Shown: positions 43,984 to 55,641, counted from the first letter of the stretch. The stretch: DNA of 64,000 nt from an uncultured Candidatus Saccharibacteria bacterium (GCA_964493895.1 CAZBPY010000002.1:67351-131350); one strand, 5' to 3'. Notes: generated by a model not told the origin, from the sequence alone. Made by a program: numbers and translations.

Positions 43984-46074
43984 TTATCCTTTGGCGTTTT
44001 TAGCTACAATTGCTTCTGCCACATTTGGCGGCACGTCGGCGTAGTGGTCAAGTTCCATGCTGGAGCTGGCTCGACCGGCCGTCATACTGCGAAGATTGGT
44101 GGTGTAACCGAACATCTCGCCTAATGGAACAAAAGCCGTGATCTCTTTAATACCGGCTTGGAGGTCCTCCATAGATTCAATCCGACCACGCTTGGAGTTC
44201 AGATCACCAATGACATCACCCATGAATTCTTCAGGGGTCACAACCACAACTTTCATGATCGGCTCTAAAAGAACCGGGTTGGCTTTCTTAACCCCTTCTT
44301 GAAGGGCCATCGAGCCAGCCACCTTAAAGGCCATCTCGCTGGAGTCAACATCGTGGTAACTTCCGTCATACAGCTCGGCCTTTATATCCACCACGGGATA
44401 GCCAGCCAAGACACCATTAGCCATAGCTTCTTCGATACCTTGTTGGACAGGTTTGATGTATTCCTGAGGAACCACGCCGCCTTTAATCGAGTTGATGAAC
44501 TCGAATCCTTTGCCAGCTTCGTTCTGGCTAAGTCGCAGCCAGACGTCACCGTACTGACCGCGTCCACCAGATTGACGAATGAATTTACCTTGGACTTCAA
44601 CACCGTCTTTGCGGATAGTTTCGCGGTAAGCAACTTGTGGTTGACCGATGTTGGCTTCGACATTGAACTCTCGCTTCATGCGGTCGACCAGAATTTCCAG
44701 GTGCAGCTCACCCATACCTTTAATGATGGTCTGGGCTGTCTCATCATCAACATTTACCTGGAAGGTCGGATCTTCCTCAGCCAATCTTTGCAAAGCCAAA
44801 CTCATCTTTTCTTGGTCGGCTTTGGTTTTGGGCTCGATAGCAATCGACACCGGCGGTTCAGGAAAAGTAATATTTTCAAGCACTACCGGATTGGCCTGAT
44901 CGCACAGGGTATTACCGGTCGTTGTGCCTTTTAGACCAACAATGGCGGCAATGTCGCCGGCACCGATTGAGTCAATGTCCTCACGCTTGTCAGCTTGCAT
45001 GCGGACTACCCGGCCAACTCGCTCTTTTTCGCCGGTTACCGAGTTGTAAACATACGACCCGGCTTTCAAAACACCCGAGTAAACTCGAACGAAGCACAAT
45101 TTACCAACAAATGGGTCGGTGGCAATCTTAAAAGCAATAGCTGCCATTGGCTCTGATTCGTCAGGTTTGCGCTCAACCTCCTCGCCAGTTTTAGGATTCT
45201 CTCCCCACACAGAGCCACGATCCAACGGGCTTGGCAGGAAATCGTTGACCAAGTCGAGTACTTTCTCAACAATGACACCCCGGCCATCACCGCCAGTCAC
45301 CGGGAAAAAATTGCCAGTCTGAGTCGCCGTTCGGATGGCCTGACGAATTTCATCTTCGCTCAGACCGTCTTCACCAACTTCGAAGTATTTCTCCAGCATG
45401 GCCTCGTCTTCAGCCACGGCGTTCTCAATTAGCAGGCTGCGGTATTTTTTAGCTTTGTCCAGCATATCTTCGGGAATTTCCCCTTCTACCAGGTTCTTAT
45501 CGGTAAATTCTTTGTAGGTATATGCCTTCATGGTGATCAGGTCGACCACTCCGTTAACCGACTGCTCGAAGCCAATTGGCAAATGAACCGGAAAAGCGTG
45601 TTTGCTAAGGCGAGCATGAATCGTGTCAAGTGATTTGTAAAAATCACCGCCGGTTTGGTTAATCTTGTTGATAAAGCAAATTCGCGGCACGCCGTACTTG
45701 TCAGCCTGGCGCCAGACAGTTTCAGATTGCGATTCAACACCCATCTTACCGTCAAAAACCGTCACAGCGCCATCAAGAACCCTCAAAGATCGTTCTACCT
45801 CAGCTGTAAAGTCAATATGGCCAGGCGTGTCGATAATATTAATCTTGTGATCTTTCCAATAACAAGTCACCGCAGCTGACGTGATTGTAATACCACGCTC
45901 TCGTTCTTGTGCCATCCAATCGGTCGTAGTTTCACCTTCATGGACCGCACCAATTTTATGCTTTAAACCAGTCCGATACAGAATGCCTTCAGTCGTGGTT
46001 GTCTTACCAGCATCAATATGAGCAATAATGCCGATGTTACGATAGTTTTTTAAATCAATTTTCTTATCTGCCAT
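43984..46074 (-). CDS. fusA: elongation factor G
   Basis: 696-aa ORF with [12 protein letters not shown] and DTPGHIDF. Confidence 0.97.
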   Translation of the reverse strand: MADKKIDLKNYRNIGIIAHIDAGKTTTTEGILYRTGLKHKIGAVHEGETTTDWMAQERERGITITSAAVTCYWKDHKINIIDTPGHIDFTAEVERSLRVLDGAVTVFDGKMGVESQSETVWRQADKYGVPRICFINKINQTGGDFYKSLDTIHARLSKHAFPVHLPIGFEQSVNGVVDLITMKAYTYKEFTDKNLVEGEIPEDMLDKAKKYRSLLIENAVAEDEAMLEKYFEVGEDGLSEDEIRQAIRTATQTGNFFPVTGGDGRGVIVEKVLDLVNDFLPSPLDRGSVWGENPKTGEEVERKPDESEPMAAIAFKIATDPFVGKLCFVRVYSGVLKAGSYVYNSVTGEKERVGRVVRMQADKREDIDSIGAGDIAAIVGLKGTTTGNTLCDQANPVVLENITFPEPPVSIAIEPKTKADQEKMSLALQRLAEEDPTFQVNVDDETAQTIIKGMGELHLEILVDRMKREFNVEANIGQPQVAYRETIRKDGVEVQGKFIRQSGGRGQYGDVWLRLSQNEAGKGFEFINSIKGGVVPQEYIKPVQQGIEEAMANGVLAGYPVVDIKAELYDGSYHDVDSSEMAFKVAGSMALQEGVKKANPVLLEPIMKVVVVTPEEFMGDVIGDLNSKRGRIESMEDLQAGIKEITAFVPLGEMFGYTTNLRSMTAGRASSSMELDHYADVPPNVAEAIVAKNAKG

Positions 46075-46081
46075 TTATACC

Positions 46082-46465
46082 CTATTCTTCGCTTTGCGTT
46101 CGTTGCGTCAGACCCCACCGAGCTAAGTTCCGGCCTATCAAGCTAGTGCTGCAATAACTCTTAACAGTAAATTTACCAATATTCAATTGCTCTGGTCCCT
46201 CACAATAGTCGGCGCCCAACTGAGTTTCTAAGCCTATAAGCACTTCCAAATCATCAGCCTCTGCAAACTTGCGCTCTGCGAAAGCTTTCATACTTCTAGC
46301 ATAATCTGAATCTCCGACAAAAAGGGGATTCTCACCGGCTTGCATTCCGTATTCGGCCGTACGTTGAGCACCACTACGATAGATGTCGACAATTTTTTCT
46401 TGTGGCTTTATATAATTCCGAAGAAAGCGAGGGCACTCCGAACAGTTTTCAAAAGTCCTGGCCAT
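46082..46465 (-). CDS. hypothetical Cys-motif protein (P127) inserted between rpsG and fusA
   Basis: 127-aa ORF lying 3 nt after the rpsG stop and 7 nt before the fusA ATG. It has the motifs CSECP, ENPLFVG, CEGP and C, colinear with P126. Confidence 0.7.
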   Translation of the reverse strand: MARTFENCSECPRFLRNYIKPQEKIVDIYRSGAQRTAEYGMQAGENPLFVGDSDYARSMKAFAERKFAEADDLEVLIGLETQLGADYCEGPEQLNIGKFTVKSYCSTSLIGRNLARWGLTQRTQSEE

Positions 46466-46468
46466 AGT

Positions 46469-46945
46469 TTACCTCGCAAAGTGGGCGAAAGCTCGGTTGG
46501 CTTCGGCCATCTTATGTGTATCTTCGCGCTTCTTAACAGAAGTCCCGGTGTTATTGTAAGCATCGACCAATTCAGCAGCAATTCGATCTTCAGTTGACAT
46601 ACCAGACTTGGCTCGTACAGCTTGGACAAACCACAGGATTGTCAGATGAGACTGTCGTTGACCTTTAACCTCAAATGGAATCTGATAGTTAGCACCACCT
46701 ACTCGTCGTGACCGAGTCTCAACACTGGGTTGAATATTCTTAAAAGCTTGCTCAAAAACCTCCAGAGGATTGTCAACTTTCAAACGATCTGCCGCCTTTT
46801 GCATGCCGTTATATACTAATCGCTCGGCAACCTGTTTTTTGCCGTCATGCATAATGCGGTTTATGACACGCTGAACCATCACGCTATTGTAGACGCGATC
46901 GGCCGGAATGTCTCGAACTAGTGATTTGGTCTTCTTCCTGGGCAT
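46469..46945 (-). CDS. rpsG: 30S ribosomal protein S7
   Basis: 158-aa ORF beginning [21 protein letters not shown]. Confidence 0.96.
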   Translation of the reverse strand: MPRKKTKSLVRDIPADRVYNSVMVQRVINRIMHDGKKQVAERLVYNGMQKAADRLKVDNPLEVFEQAFKNIQPSVETRSRRVGGANYQIPFEVKGQRQSHLTILWFVQAVRAKSGMSTEDRIAAELVDAYNNTGTSVKKREDTHKMAEANRAFAHFAR

Positions 46946-47358
46946 TATTTGCCAGCCTTTTTGGTGCCGTACTTACTTCGGCCCTGTTTACGGTCTTGAA
47001 CACCTTGTAGGTCAAGCGCACCACGGACTATGTGGTAGCGTACACCCGGGAGGTCCTTTACGCGTCCACCACGGATTAGGACTACGGCGTGTTCCTGTAG
47101 GTTATGGCCTTCACCACCGATGTAAGCCCAAACTTCGTGACCATTTTGCAGTCGGACACGAGCCACCTTACGAAGCGCCGAGTTCGGCTTTTTAGGTGTT
47201 TTGGTAGTCACTTTAACGCAAACCCCGCGCTTGAATGGTGATGGTTTTTCATAGTTAGTCGTCGTCAGGTTGTTAACCACGCGGTGCAGTGCCGGAGACT
47301 TCGATTTCTTAGTCACCTTGGCACGCGGTTTTCGAACTAATTGATTGATTGTTGGCAT
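46945..47358 (-). CDS. rpsL: 30S ribosomal protein S12
   Basis: 137-aa ORF with [12 protein letters not shown] and [11 protein letters not shown]. Confidence 0.97.
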   Translation of the reverse strand: MPTINQLVRKPRAKVTKKSKSPALHRVVNNLTTTNYEKPSPFKRGVCVKVTTKTPKKPNSALRKVARVRLQNGHEVWAYIGGEGHNLQEHAVVLIRGGRVKDLPGVRYHIVRGALDLQGVQDRKQGRSKYGTKKAGK

Positions 47359-47373
47359 CAGCGTATCATCCTA

Positions 47374-50300
47374 TCAGTTTTCACCTTCTTCGTCAACAGA
47401 GGTCGCATCAGCATCGTCCTTGGCGTAAGCATTGTAGCCTGTGCCGACAGGGATCATTCGACCCAAGATAACGTTCTCTTTCAGGCCGCGCAAATGATCG
47501 ACTTTGCCACTGGTAGCAGCAGCAATTAGCACTCGTGTTGTGTCCTGGAAGCTAGCCGCCGATAAGAATGACTCTGTCGACAAACTAGCCTTGGTAATTC
47601 CAAGCAGTAACTGGCTGTACTGAATTAGTTTCTTGCCAGCCCTGGCCAACTCTTCGTTGGTATCGAGCACATCAACTTTACTGACAATGTCACCGGTTAC
47701 GAACTCACTATCACCGGCATCCTCGATCTGAACTCGAGAGAACATCTGTCGAACGATCACTTCCAGGTGCTTGTCGGCAATGTGCTGACCTTGGCTGGCA
47801 AAGATACGCAGAACTTCGTTCATGATGTAACGTTGGGTGGCTTCAACACCTTGCAGGCGCATCAGCTCGTGCAGGTTGATCGAACCGTTGGTCAAACGTT
47901 GACCAGCTACAACTTTGTCGCCATCCTTGATGGTCAGTTGTTTGTAGCCAGGAATTTCATAGCGCTCGATTTCCTGCTTAGCCGGTGAAATGGTTATAGC
48001 CGATTTGTTGACCGAAGCCTTACCGGCTATCGGCGCAATCAACGGGTTAGAGTCGTTCTCGGCACTAGCTAACACATCACCGATGGCCACTTCAGTGCCG
48101 GATTCAATCCGCGGTGTGCGGCTTTCCAGTTTCAGCTCGACCTTTTGCTTGTCATCGGTTGTCACTTGAACTATGTACTGATCTCCCTCTTCCCAAACAT
48201 TGGCCGTACCAGCGACTTCTGACAAATAGGCTTGTCCTTTTGGAGCTCGAACTTCAAAGATTTCTTCAACACGCGGCAGACCTTGAGTAATGTCATCAGC
48301 CGCCGCCGAGCCGCCGCCGTGATAAGACCGCAGGGTCAGCTGGGTTCCAGGCTCACCAATACTCTGTGCCGCCACGACACCTATAGGATAGTGCGAGCTA
48401 ACCACTTCGCCGGTGGCTGGATCAATGCCGTAAGATTTGCGCGATACACCGCGCGGGCTGCTGCAGCTTAGCACCGACATGATCTTTACACCGTCAACTT
48501 TAGTGTCCTTATCGATAGCATTAGCAATTGCTCGGGTTATGAGCTCGCCCTTCTTAACATGGCCTGGCACATTTTCAGCAGCATAGCGACCTTCAAGTCG
48601 GAAACCATAACTGACACCTATAAACTCGGCGTCAGCTCGGTTCATAGTAAAGCCAGGGTCTGGGGCTTCCTCATTATCCGTAAAGACATCCTGAGAAACA
48701 TCAACCAGACGACGAGTCAGGTAGCCAGAATCAGCGGTTTTTAGAGCTGTATCGATCATGGTCTTTCTGGTACCGCGAGTTGAGGTGAAATACTCCAATG
48801 GACTTAGACCGCGTTTGTAGCCAGACTTAATCGGCAGCTCAATGGCCCGACCGGTAGTATCCATGGTTACGCCCAAGATACCGACGGCGTTTTTAACTTG
48901 GCCGATGTTACCGCGGGCTCCAGACACAACGGCTGTAGACATAGAACTGTCTTCCTGATCGAATTGCAAACTCAGGACCTTCTTAACTTCGGCATCGGCT
49001 TCCATCCAAGCATCAACCGTTAGGCGGTAACGCTCATCCTCAGTAATGAAGCCTTGGTCATATTGTTCACTAATTTCGGTGACTTTCTTTTCACCTTCAT
49101 CAAGAATTTGCTGCAATCCCTTAATGTCGCTGAAGTCGTCCATACCCAGGCTCAGACCAGAGAAAGTGGCATACTCAAAACCTAAGTCTTTCAAATCATC
49201 GGCAATTTGGGCGGTCACGTCTGGACCATATTGCTCGTATATTTCCGACATCACGTCTGAAAGTTGCTTCTTGGTCATGGTCTGGTCTTTGAACTTAAAG
49301 TCGTCGGGCATTATTTCATTGAACAGCAGGCGGCCCAGCGTTGTCTCGCGGACTGCTCCGCGAAAAGGTAGCTTGACTCGACTTTGCAGAATTATTTCAC
49401 CAGCGTCATAGGCCATAACAGCTTCGTCCAACGAGGCAAAAGCCTCGGCTTCACCGGCTACTCCCGGGCGTTCGTAGGTTAAGTAGTAACAGCCTAAAAC
49501 AATATCTTGCTCAATATGCAAAATGGGTGAACCGTCGGCCGGTTTTAGCAAGTTCTTATTGCTAGCCATAATCTCGCGAGCTTCTTTCTGTGAAGCCACC
49601 GACAACGGCAAGTGTACAGCCATCTGGTCACCATCGAAGTCAGCATTGAAACCTTTACAAACCAATGGGTGCAGTTGAATCGCCTTACCTTCGATTAGCT
49701 TTGGCTGGAAGGCCTGAATCGACAGACGGTGCAGTGACGGTGCACGATTCAACAGAACATACTTGCCCTTGATGACTTCGTCCAGGGCATCCCAAACCGG
49801 AGTCTCACCCAGCTCGATCATGCGGGTAGCCGATCGAATATTGTGGGCAAATTCGTTCTCAATTAGATGACCGATCACGAATGGCTTGAATAGTTCCAAA
49901 GCCATCATCTTTGGCAGGCCGCATTCGTCAATCTTAAGTTCCGGCCCGGCTACAATCACCGAACGGCCAGAGTAGTCAACTCTTTTTCCAAGCAAGTTCT
50001 GGCGGAAACGACCCTGCTTACCTTTCAGCATGTCGGACAGCGACTTTAGTCGACGCCGTTGACCGCTGGCTGCCACGGCTCGGCCACTCCGAGCGTTACC
50101 GTTGTCGATAAGGGCGTCAACGGCTTCTTGCAGCATACGCTGTTCATTACGGCAAATAACCTCAGGAGCATTCAAATCAATCAACTTCTTCAACCGATTA
50201 TTGCGGTTAATAACCCTCCTATAAAGATCATTTAGATCGGAAGTGGCAAATCGACCACCGGTCAGTTGTACCATTGGCCTTAGATCCGGAGGTATTACTG

Positions 50301-51195
50301 GCAAAATAGTCACGCACATAGAATTTGGTTTGATCCCAGCCCGCTCCATAGACTCTAGCAAGCGCAGGCGCTTCATCAATTTCTTCTTCCGCTGGCCTTT
50401 GGCCTCTTCGGCTTCATCAGACAATTGTTTGATCAATTTAGCCAAGTCGATTTCGTCTAGCAGCTCTTTAATGGCTTCGCCACCCATGCCGACTTCGACG
50501 ATATCTTGAAGTTCGTCAGGCAAGTTGTTGTAGTCTCCCTCTGAAATCAGACCATACTTGACCAGCATATCCAGCTGATTCATTAGTTCAAGATGAGTAG
50601 TTTCCAGCTCTTCCAACTCTTTAGTTCGAGCTGCTGCCAAAGCTTTGACATCGGCGTCTTCTTTCTTGCCTTCAGCTTCGTAGCGAGCATTAATGGCTTC
50701 AACAGCTGCCTTGTACTCGGCCTCTTTATCCTCGCGGTATTTGTCGCGAGCCTTTTCATCAACAGATTTAAAAATGTATGCTGCAAAGTAAGCCACCCGT
50801 TCCAGGTTTTTAACTGTCATATTAAGCAGCAAGCCGATAGCTGATGGCGTACCGCGTAAGAACCAAATGTGAGCCACTGGGCTGGCCAATTTAATATGAC
50901 CCATTCGTTCACGGCGGACAATTGAGCGAGTAACGATTTCGCCATTCTTATCGACAGCGGCTTCTCTTGACCGAACACCCTTGTACTTAGCGTCGTGAGG
51001 ATTAATATCTTTGACCGGACCAAAAATGCGCTCACAAAATAGGCCATCACGTTCTGGTTTTTGAGTTCGATAGTTAATTGTTTCCGGCTTTAAAACTTCA
51101 CCGTGTGACCATTCCAAAATATCGGCAGCGCTGGCTACAGCCAACCGAACCGCATCAAAATCAGCAATGTCTGGACCGCTTGAATATCGTCGCAT
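47374..51195 (-). CDS. rpoC: DNA-directed RNA polymerase subunit beta-prime (both zinc sites lack most Cys ligands)
   Basis: The start is moved to ATG 51195 (AGGAGG SD, 1 nt after the rpoB stop). The catalytic motif [12 protein letters not shown] is present. Confidence 0.96.
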   Translation of the reverse strand: MRRYSSGPDIADFDAVRLAVASAADILEWSHGEVLKPETINYRTQKPERDGLFCERIFGPVKDINPHDAKYKGVRSREAAVDKNGEIVTRSIVRRERMGHIKLASPVAHIWFLRGTPSAIGLLLNMTVKNLERVAYFAAYIFKSVDEKARDKYREDKEAEYKAAVEAINARYEAEGKKEDADVKALAAARTKELEELETTHLELMNQLDMLVKYGLISEGDYNNLPDELQDIVEVGMGGEAIKELLDEIDLAKLIKQLSDEAEEAKGQRKKKLMKRLRLLESMERAGIKPNSMCVTILPVIPPDLRPMVQLTGGRFATSDLNDLYRRVINRNNRLKKLIDLNAPEVICRNEQRMLQEAVDALIDNGNARSGRAVAASGQRRRLKSLSDMLKGKQGRFRQNLLGKRVDYSGRSVIVAGPELKIDECGLPKMMALELFKPFVIGHLIENEFAHNIRSATRMIELGETPVWDALDEVIKGKYVLLNRAPSLHRLSIQAFQPKLIEGKAIQLHPLVCKGFNADFDGDQMAVHLPLSVASQKEAREIMASNKNLLKPADGSPILHIEQDIVLGCYYLTYERPGVAGEAEAFASLDEAVMAYDAGEIILQSRVKLPFRGAVRETTLGRLLFNEIMPDDFKFKDQTMTKKQLSDVMSEIYEQYGPDVTAQIADDLKDLGFEYATFSGLSLGMDDFSDIKGLQQILDEGEKKVTEISEQYDQGFITEDERYRLTVDAWMEADAEVKKVLSLQFDQEDSSMSTAVVSGARGNIGQVKNAVGILGVTMDTTGRAIELPIKSGYKRGLSPLEYFTSTRGTRKTMIDTALKTADSGYLTRRLVDVSQDVFTDNEEAPDPGFTMNRADAEFIGVSYGFRLEGRYAAENVPGHVKKGELITRAIANAIDKDTKVDGVKIMSVLSCSSPRGVSRKSYGIDPATGEVVSSHYPIGVVAAQSIGEPGTQLTLRSYHGGGSAAADDITQGLPRVEEIFEVRAPKGQAYLSEVAGTANVWEEGDQYIVQVTTDDKQKVELKLESRTPRIESGTEVAIGDVLASAENDSNPLIAPIAGKASVNKSAITISPAKQEIERYEIPGYKQLTIKDGDKVVAGQRLTNGSINLHELMRLQGVEATQRYIMNEVLRIFASQGQHIADKHLEVIVRQMFSRVQIEDAGDSEFVTGDIVSKVDVLDTNEELARAGKKLIQYSQLLLGITKASLSTESFLSAASFQDTTRVLIAAATSGKVDHLRGLKENVILGRMIPVGTGYNAYAKDDADATSVDEEGEN

Positions 51196-51196
51196 C

Positions 51197-54100
51197 TTAA
51201 GCCTCCTCTCCTTCACTCACATTGGTATCTTCTTCTCCTGAACTGGAAGTCACACTGGCCATGTCGCCTTCAATGTCCATGATATCGAACTCATCAACAC
51301 CGTCTTCTTTAGTCATATCTACTTCGGAGACTTCTGGCTGCGGCACATCAACTTCGGCCTGGTGTTTAGCTTCGTCCTTGATGTTTTCAGCCAAAACTGC
51401 TTCGGCGTCGACAACTTTTTCGCTGGTGATCAGATCAACCTTCAGACCCAGACCTTGCAATTCCTTGACCAGCACATTAAATGACTCAGGAACCTTTGGT
51501 CCAACAATATCTGTACCTTTTATGATTGATTCATAGGCTTTGGATCGTCCGTACACATCGTCAGATTTAATGGTTAGCATTTCTTGCAGAGTATGAGCCG
51601 CGCCATAAGCTTCCAGAGCCCAAACCTCCATTTCACCAAACCTTTGACCACCGTTTTGAGCCTTGCCGCCCAATGGCTGTTGGGTAACCATAGTGTATGG
51701 ACCAGTTGACCTGGCATGAATCTTGTCAACAATCATGTGGTTAAGTTTGATCATGTACATAGAACCAACAGTTGTAGTTTCCGAGAATGGCTCACCGGTT
51801 CGGCCATCAAATAATTGTTGCTTGCCGTTTTCCGGATAGCCGGCTTGCTTTAAGAGTTCGCGGATCTTGTCAATTGGCACGCCATTAAACGGCGGTGTGA
51901 CAACTTTCATTCCGAGGGCCCGAGCGGCCATACCCAAGTGGGTTTCAAACAGCTGGCCAATGTTCATACGGCTTGGCACGCCCAGTGGGTTAAGGACAAT
52001 GTCCACCGGTGTTCCGTCTTCCATATACGGCATGTCTTCAACCGGTAGGACTCGGGCAATAACACCCTTGTTACCATGACGGCCACCTAATTTATCTCCA
52101 ACCGCAATCTTGCGCATCTGCGCCACAAAGACCTGAACCTGCATTAGCACGCCAGCCTTCAATTCGTGGCCGTTCTCGCGAGAGAAGACTTTAACACCGA
52201 CAACTTTGCCGTGTTTACCGTTACTCATGCGCTGGGAGGTGTCACGAACATCCTTGGCCTTTTCACCAAAAATGGCCCGAAGCAAGCGCTCTTCCGAACT
52301 CAGTTCCTGCTCGCCCTTTGGCGTAATCTTTCCAACCAAGATGTCGCCGGGGTGAACTTCAGCACCTATTCGGACAATTCCATCATCATCCAGGTGCCGC
52401 AGCGCATCTTCGGAAACATTAGGAATGTCGCGAGTGACAATTTCCGGACCTAATTTGGTCTCACGCACTTCAGTCATGTAATCCACAATGTGAATCGATG
52501 TCAGGCTGTCATCTTCAACCAGTTTGCGCGAAATAATTACAGCATCCTCGAAGTTATAACCTTTCCACGGCATGAAAGCTACAATCAAATCCTTACCAAG
52601 TGCCAGTTCGCCACCCTGGATTGACATACCTTCAATGATTGGCTGGCCTTTCTTAACCTTATCGCCAGCGCTAACCACAACCTTTTGATTAATACAGCTG
52701 CCTTCGTTACTGCGGACAAAGTGCTGGGGTTGATAAGTTACTTTACCGGCTTTCTTGTACTTTATAACAACCTGTTCAGCAGTAGCCGATACCACCTCGC
52801 CATCTTCTTCAGCTACGGTCAGCTGGCCAGTATTTTGTGCCACTGTAGACTCCAGACCAGTACCGACAATTGGCGAATCCGGCTGAATTAACGGCACCGC
52901 TTGGCGCTGCTGGTTGCTTCCCATCAAACTTCGATAAACATAGTTCTTTTCAATGAACGGAATCAAACCGGCACTGGAGCCAATAATTTGCCTGAGGCTG
53001 GCGTCCATATGAGTCACTTCATTAGCGTCAGTTTCACCTGATTTCAGACGAATGCGAGCCGAGACACGATCATCAATAAAGTAACCATCATTGCCAAACT
53101 TTTCATCGGCGCTGGCAATTACGGCTTTTTCCTCTTCAGCGGCATCAAGATATTCGACTTTATCAGTGACTTTAGCCTTTACGGGCCAGGTAATTTGGCT
53201 TTTTACAGCCGCTAGTTTCTTAGCATCAGCTGCTGTGATAGTCTTGCCGGCTTTAACGATAACTTTACCCTTTTCATCTTCCAGATCAACTGCGGCAATG
53301 TGTCCGGAAGCATCTTTGGCTGTAACTGCATTAATAACTTTGCGGTAAGGCGTTTCCATAAAACCGTAGTCATTAATCCGGGCATAGGCAGCCATGTTCA
53401 ACACCAAACCGATGTTGGCGCCTTCAGGCGTTTCCACAGCACAGATTCGGCCATAGTGAGTGGCGTGAGCATCGCGAACTTCAAAACCGGCTCGTTCGCG
53501 GGATAATCCGCCGGGTCCCATTGAACTTAAACGGCGTTTGTGAGCCAGCTCGGACAGAGGGTTAATCTGATCCATAAACTGAGACAATTGGGAGCTGGCA
53601 AAGAACTCGCGAACAGCCGCCACGATTGGCCGAGCATTGACCAACTGTCCAGGGGTAACTGTCTCAATTTCCGACATCGACATGCGGTCCTTGGTGTTAC
53701 GCTCCATGCGTAGTAAGCCGATGCGGAACTGGCGCTGGACCAACTCCCCAACTAACTTGACTCGCCGATTTGCTAGCGAGTCAATGTCATCTGCTGGTTC
53801 CTGAGTGTTATTAAGGCGAATAATTTCAGCAATGATGGCAATCAAATCTTCCAGTCGCATAACCCGGTTTTCGGCCGTATTGGGCACATCCAGGTCAAGG
53901 CGCTTATTAATCTTATAGCGACCGACCCTGGAAAAATCGAAACGTTTGAAGTTATAAAACATATTTTCTAGCAGTGACCGGGCGTTGTCGACAGTGGCCA
54001 AATCACCCGGGCGCAGACGGCGGTAGACCTCAATTAAGGCATCGTTGGTGCCTTTGGCCGGATCCTTGTCCAGGGTTGCATCAATATAGTTAGTTTCTCC

Positions 54101-54751
54101 CTGATCAACGTGAGCGAAACTTTCGCGAATTTTATTCTCTGTCAATCCCAAAGCCCGAAGCAGAGTTGTAACAGGAATCTTGCGCTTGCGGTCAATTTTA
54201 ACGTACATAGCGCCGTTGGCAGCCGTCTCAAACTCTAACCAAGCTCCGCGGCCAGGGATTACCTTAGCACCATACAGATTTCGCGAACCATGCTGATCGG
54301 CCGTGAAGAAAACGCCAGCCGAACGGATCAGCTGGCTAACTACCACTCGTTCGGCGCCGTTAATCACGAAAGTACCGCGAGAGGTCATCCATGGGTAGTC
54401 ACCCAAATAAATTTCCTGCTTCTTAACTTCACCAGTAACTTTATTGGTCAAAACTACCGTGGCCTTCAACGGAGCATCAAAAGTAACGTTATTCTCGCGA
54501 GCCTCAGATTCGGTAACTTTTGGCTTGTCAAATTTATAATCCTTAAAACTCAAGGTCAGCTTGGTACCGGTGTAATCTTCGATCGGACTGATTTCAGCCA
54601 ATAGCTCGCCGAGCCCTTCTTCTACGAACCACTGAAAGGACTTGTTTTGATGATCTACCAAGTTTGGCAAGTCGATGATGTCATCGGCCTTAGTAAAATA
54701 CGTGCGTTTAGTTGGTTTTATTGAGGTTGAGGTCTTGGACTGTTTTGGCAT
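51197..54751 (-). CDS. rpoB: DNA-directed RNA polymerase subunit beta
   Basis: 1184-aa ORF with GEMEVWALEAYGAA and an acidic C-terminal tail. Confidence 0.97.
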   Translation of the reverse strand: MPKQSKTSTSIKPTKRTYFTKADDIIDLPNLVDHQNKSFQWFVEEGLGELLAEISPIEDYTGTKLTLSFKDYKFDKPKVTESEARENNVTFDAPLKATVVLTNKVTGEVKKQEIYLGDYPWMTSRGTFVINGAERVVVSQLIRSAGVFFTADQHGSRNLYGAKVIPGRGAWLEFETAANGAMYVKIDRKRKIPVTTLLRALGLTENKIRESFAHVDQGETNYIDATLDKDPAKGTNDALIEVYRRLRPGDLATVDNARSLLENMFYNFKRFDFSRVGRYKINKRLDLDVPNTAENRVMRLEDLIAIIAEIIRLNNTQEPADDIDSLANRRVKLVGELVQRQFRIGLLRMERNTKDRMSMSEIETVTPGQLVNARPIVAAVREFFASSQLSQFMDQINPLSELAHKRRLSSMGPGGLSRERAGFEVRDAHATHYGRICAVETPEGANIGLVLNMAAYARINDYGFMETPYRKVINAVTAKDASGHIAAVDLEDEKGKVIVKAGKTITAADAKKLAAVKSQITWPVKAKVTDKVEYLDAAEEEKAVIASADEKFGNDGYFIDDRVSARIRLKSGETDANEVTHMDASLRQIIGSSAGLIPFIEKNYVYRSLMGSNQQRQAVPLIQPDSPIVGTGLESTVAQNTGQLTVAEEDGEVVSATAEQVVIKYKKAGKVTYQPQHFVRSNEGSCINQKVVVSAGDKVKKGQPIIEGMSIQGGELALGKDLIVAFMPWKGYNFEDAVIISRKLVEDDSLTSIHIVDYMTEVRETKLGPEIVTRDIPNVSEDALRHLDDDGIVRIGAEVHPGDILVGKITPKGEQELSSEERLLRAIFGEKAKDVRDTSQRMSNGKHGKVVGVKVFSRENGHELKAGVLMQVQVFVAQMRKIAVGDKLGGRHGNKGVIARVLPVEDMPYMEDGTPVDIVLNPLGVPSRMNIGQLFETHLGMAARALGMKVVTPPFNGVPIDKIRELLKQAGYPENGKQQLFDGRTGEPFSETTTVGSMYMIKLNHMIVDKIHARSTGPYTMVTQQPLGGKAQNGGQRFGEMEVWALEAYGAAHTLQEMLTIKSDDVYGRSKAYESIIKGTDIVGPKVPESFNVLVKELQGLGLKVDLITSEKVVDAEAVLAENIKDEAKHQAEVDVPQPEVSEVDMTKEDGVDEFDIMDIEGDMASVTSSSGEEDTNVSEGEEA

Positions 54752-54922
54752 AAAAGCGTTATCTGCTCCTTATAGATAGAGCCACTCTGTCGACATCAGC
54801 CATGTCAACAAAGAGGATTCCGTTGATTTATTTGATTAAGCGCTCGAAGATCTCTAAGGGGTATATGTGCCGAAACGTAGGGAAATTCCAGCACTGCCCG
54901 CTTACCCTACTTCTTAATGTCT

Positions 54923-54951
54923 AGTATAGCTTTTTTATAAATAGGAGTCAA
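54923..54951 (-). promoter_or_regulatory. candidate rpoBC promoter
   Basis: TTGACT-17nt-TATACT, about 170 nt upstream of the rpoB ATG. Confidence 0.4.
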
Positions 54952-54960
54952 CACTAAATT

Positions 54961-55641
54961 TTAGAAATGTTCAGCAGTTTTAAGAAAGGGTGCTTGGCCT
55001 TCCAAGGCGATTAAAAAGTCACTTACTGATACGTCGCCATAACGAATCATTTCCAGTGACTTACTGCCGAATTCAACCGGCTCCACCCGGCTGCGTGGTT
55101 TCGGTCGTAAGCCTAAAGACTCGAACCACTCATTTGTTCGAGTAGACTCCTTGTAGGCATCTAACATAACTTCAGATCTGAGATCATAATCACTTGTCGC
55201 AGCGTAAAGCATAGCGCTGCCAATACCCTGCTGCGGAACAGTAGTGGCAACTTCATCGATATAGCATCTGTCTGCGCCCAAAATCCGCCAACGTCTGGGT
55301 AATGGACTGGCTTGAACAACGCCAACTCGTTCTTGACCTAGGTCGTCAACTAATTCTTCATAGGCCAGCCAATATGATGATGTACCTTGGGCGATTTGCT
55401 CGTTCATTCGTTTGGTCCTATGGCGAATGCTGGCAAAATCACTTATTAACCCTCTGGTAATATCTGCCTGTTTCACAAGTCCTTGTCTGCCGACAAATTC
55501 GCGCCTGTAAGCACTCCGGATAATGTTCGTAATGTGCTCCGCGGTGCGACGTCTTGACCTTTGGACTCTCTCAACGACTACAGCATCGCCATTCCACCTC
55601 TCAAATCTATAGGCGTTAGGTTTCTCGATGCTATCAGCCAT
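54961..55641 (-). CDS. GNAT-family N-acetyltransferase-like protein
   Basis: 226-aa ORF with a motif-A-like YIDEVATTVPQQGIGSAMLYAA and a C-terminal NEWFESLGL. Confidence 0.6.
   Translation of the reverse strand: MADSIEKPNAYRFERWNGDAVVVERVQRSRRRTAEHITNIIRSAYRREFVGRQGLVKQADITRGLISDFASIRHRTKRMNEQIAQGTSSYWLAYEELVDDLGQERVGVVQASPLPRRWRILGADRCYIDEVATTVPQQGIGSAMLYAATSDYDLRSEVMLDAYKESTRTNEWFESLGLRPKPRSRVEPVEFGSKSLEMIRYGDVSVSDFLIALEGQAPFLKTAEHF

Noticed and set aside
44299-44934. 211-aa plus-strand ORF
   Set aside because: It lies antisense within fusA and is a shadow ORF.
54787-54809. 9-bp hairpin TGTTGACAT-ggctg-ATGTCGACA in the rpoB 5' UTR
   Set aside because: It is a real inverted repeat, but there is no U-tract or known motif, and the evidence is insufficient for a regulatory call.
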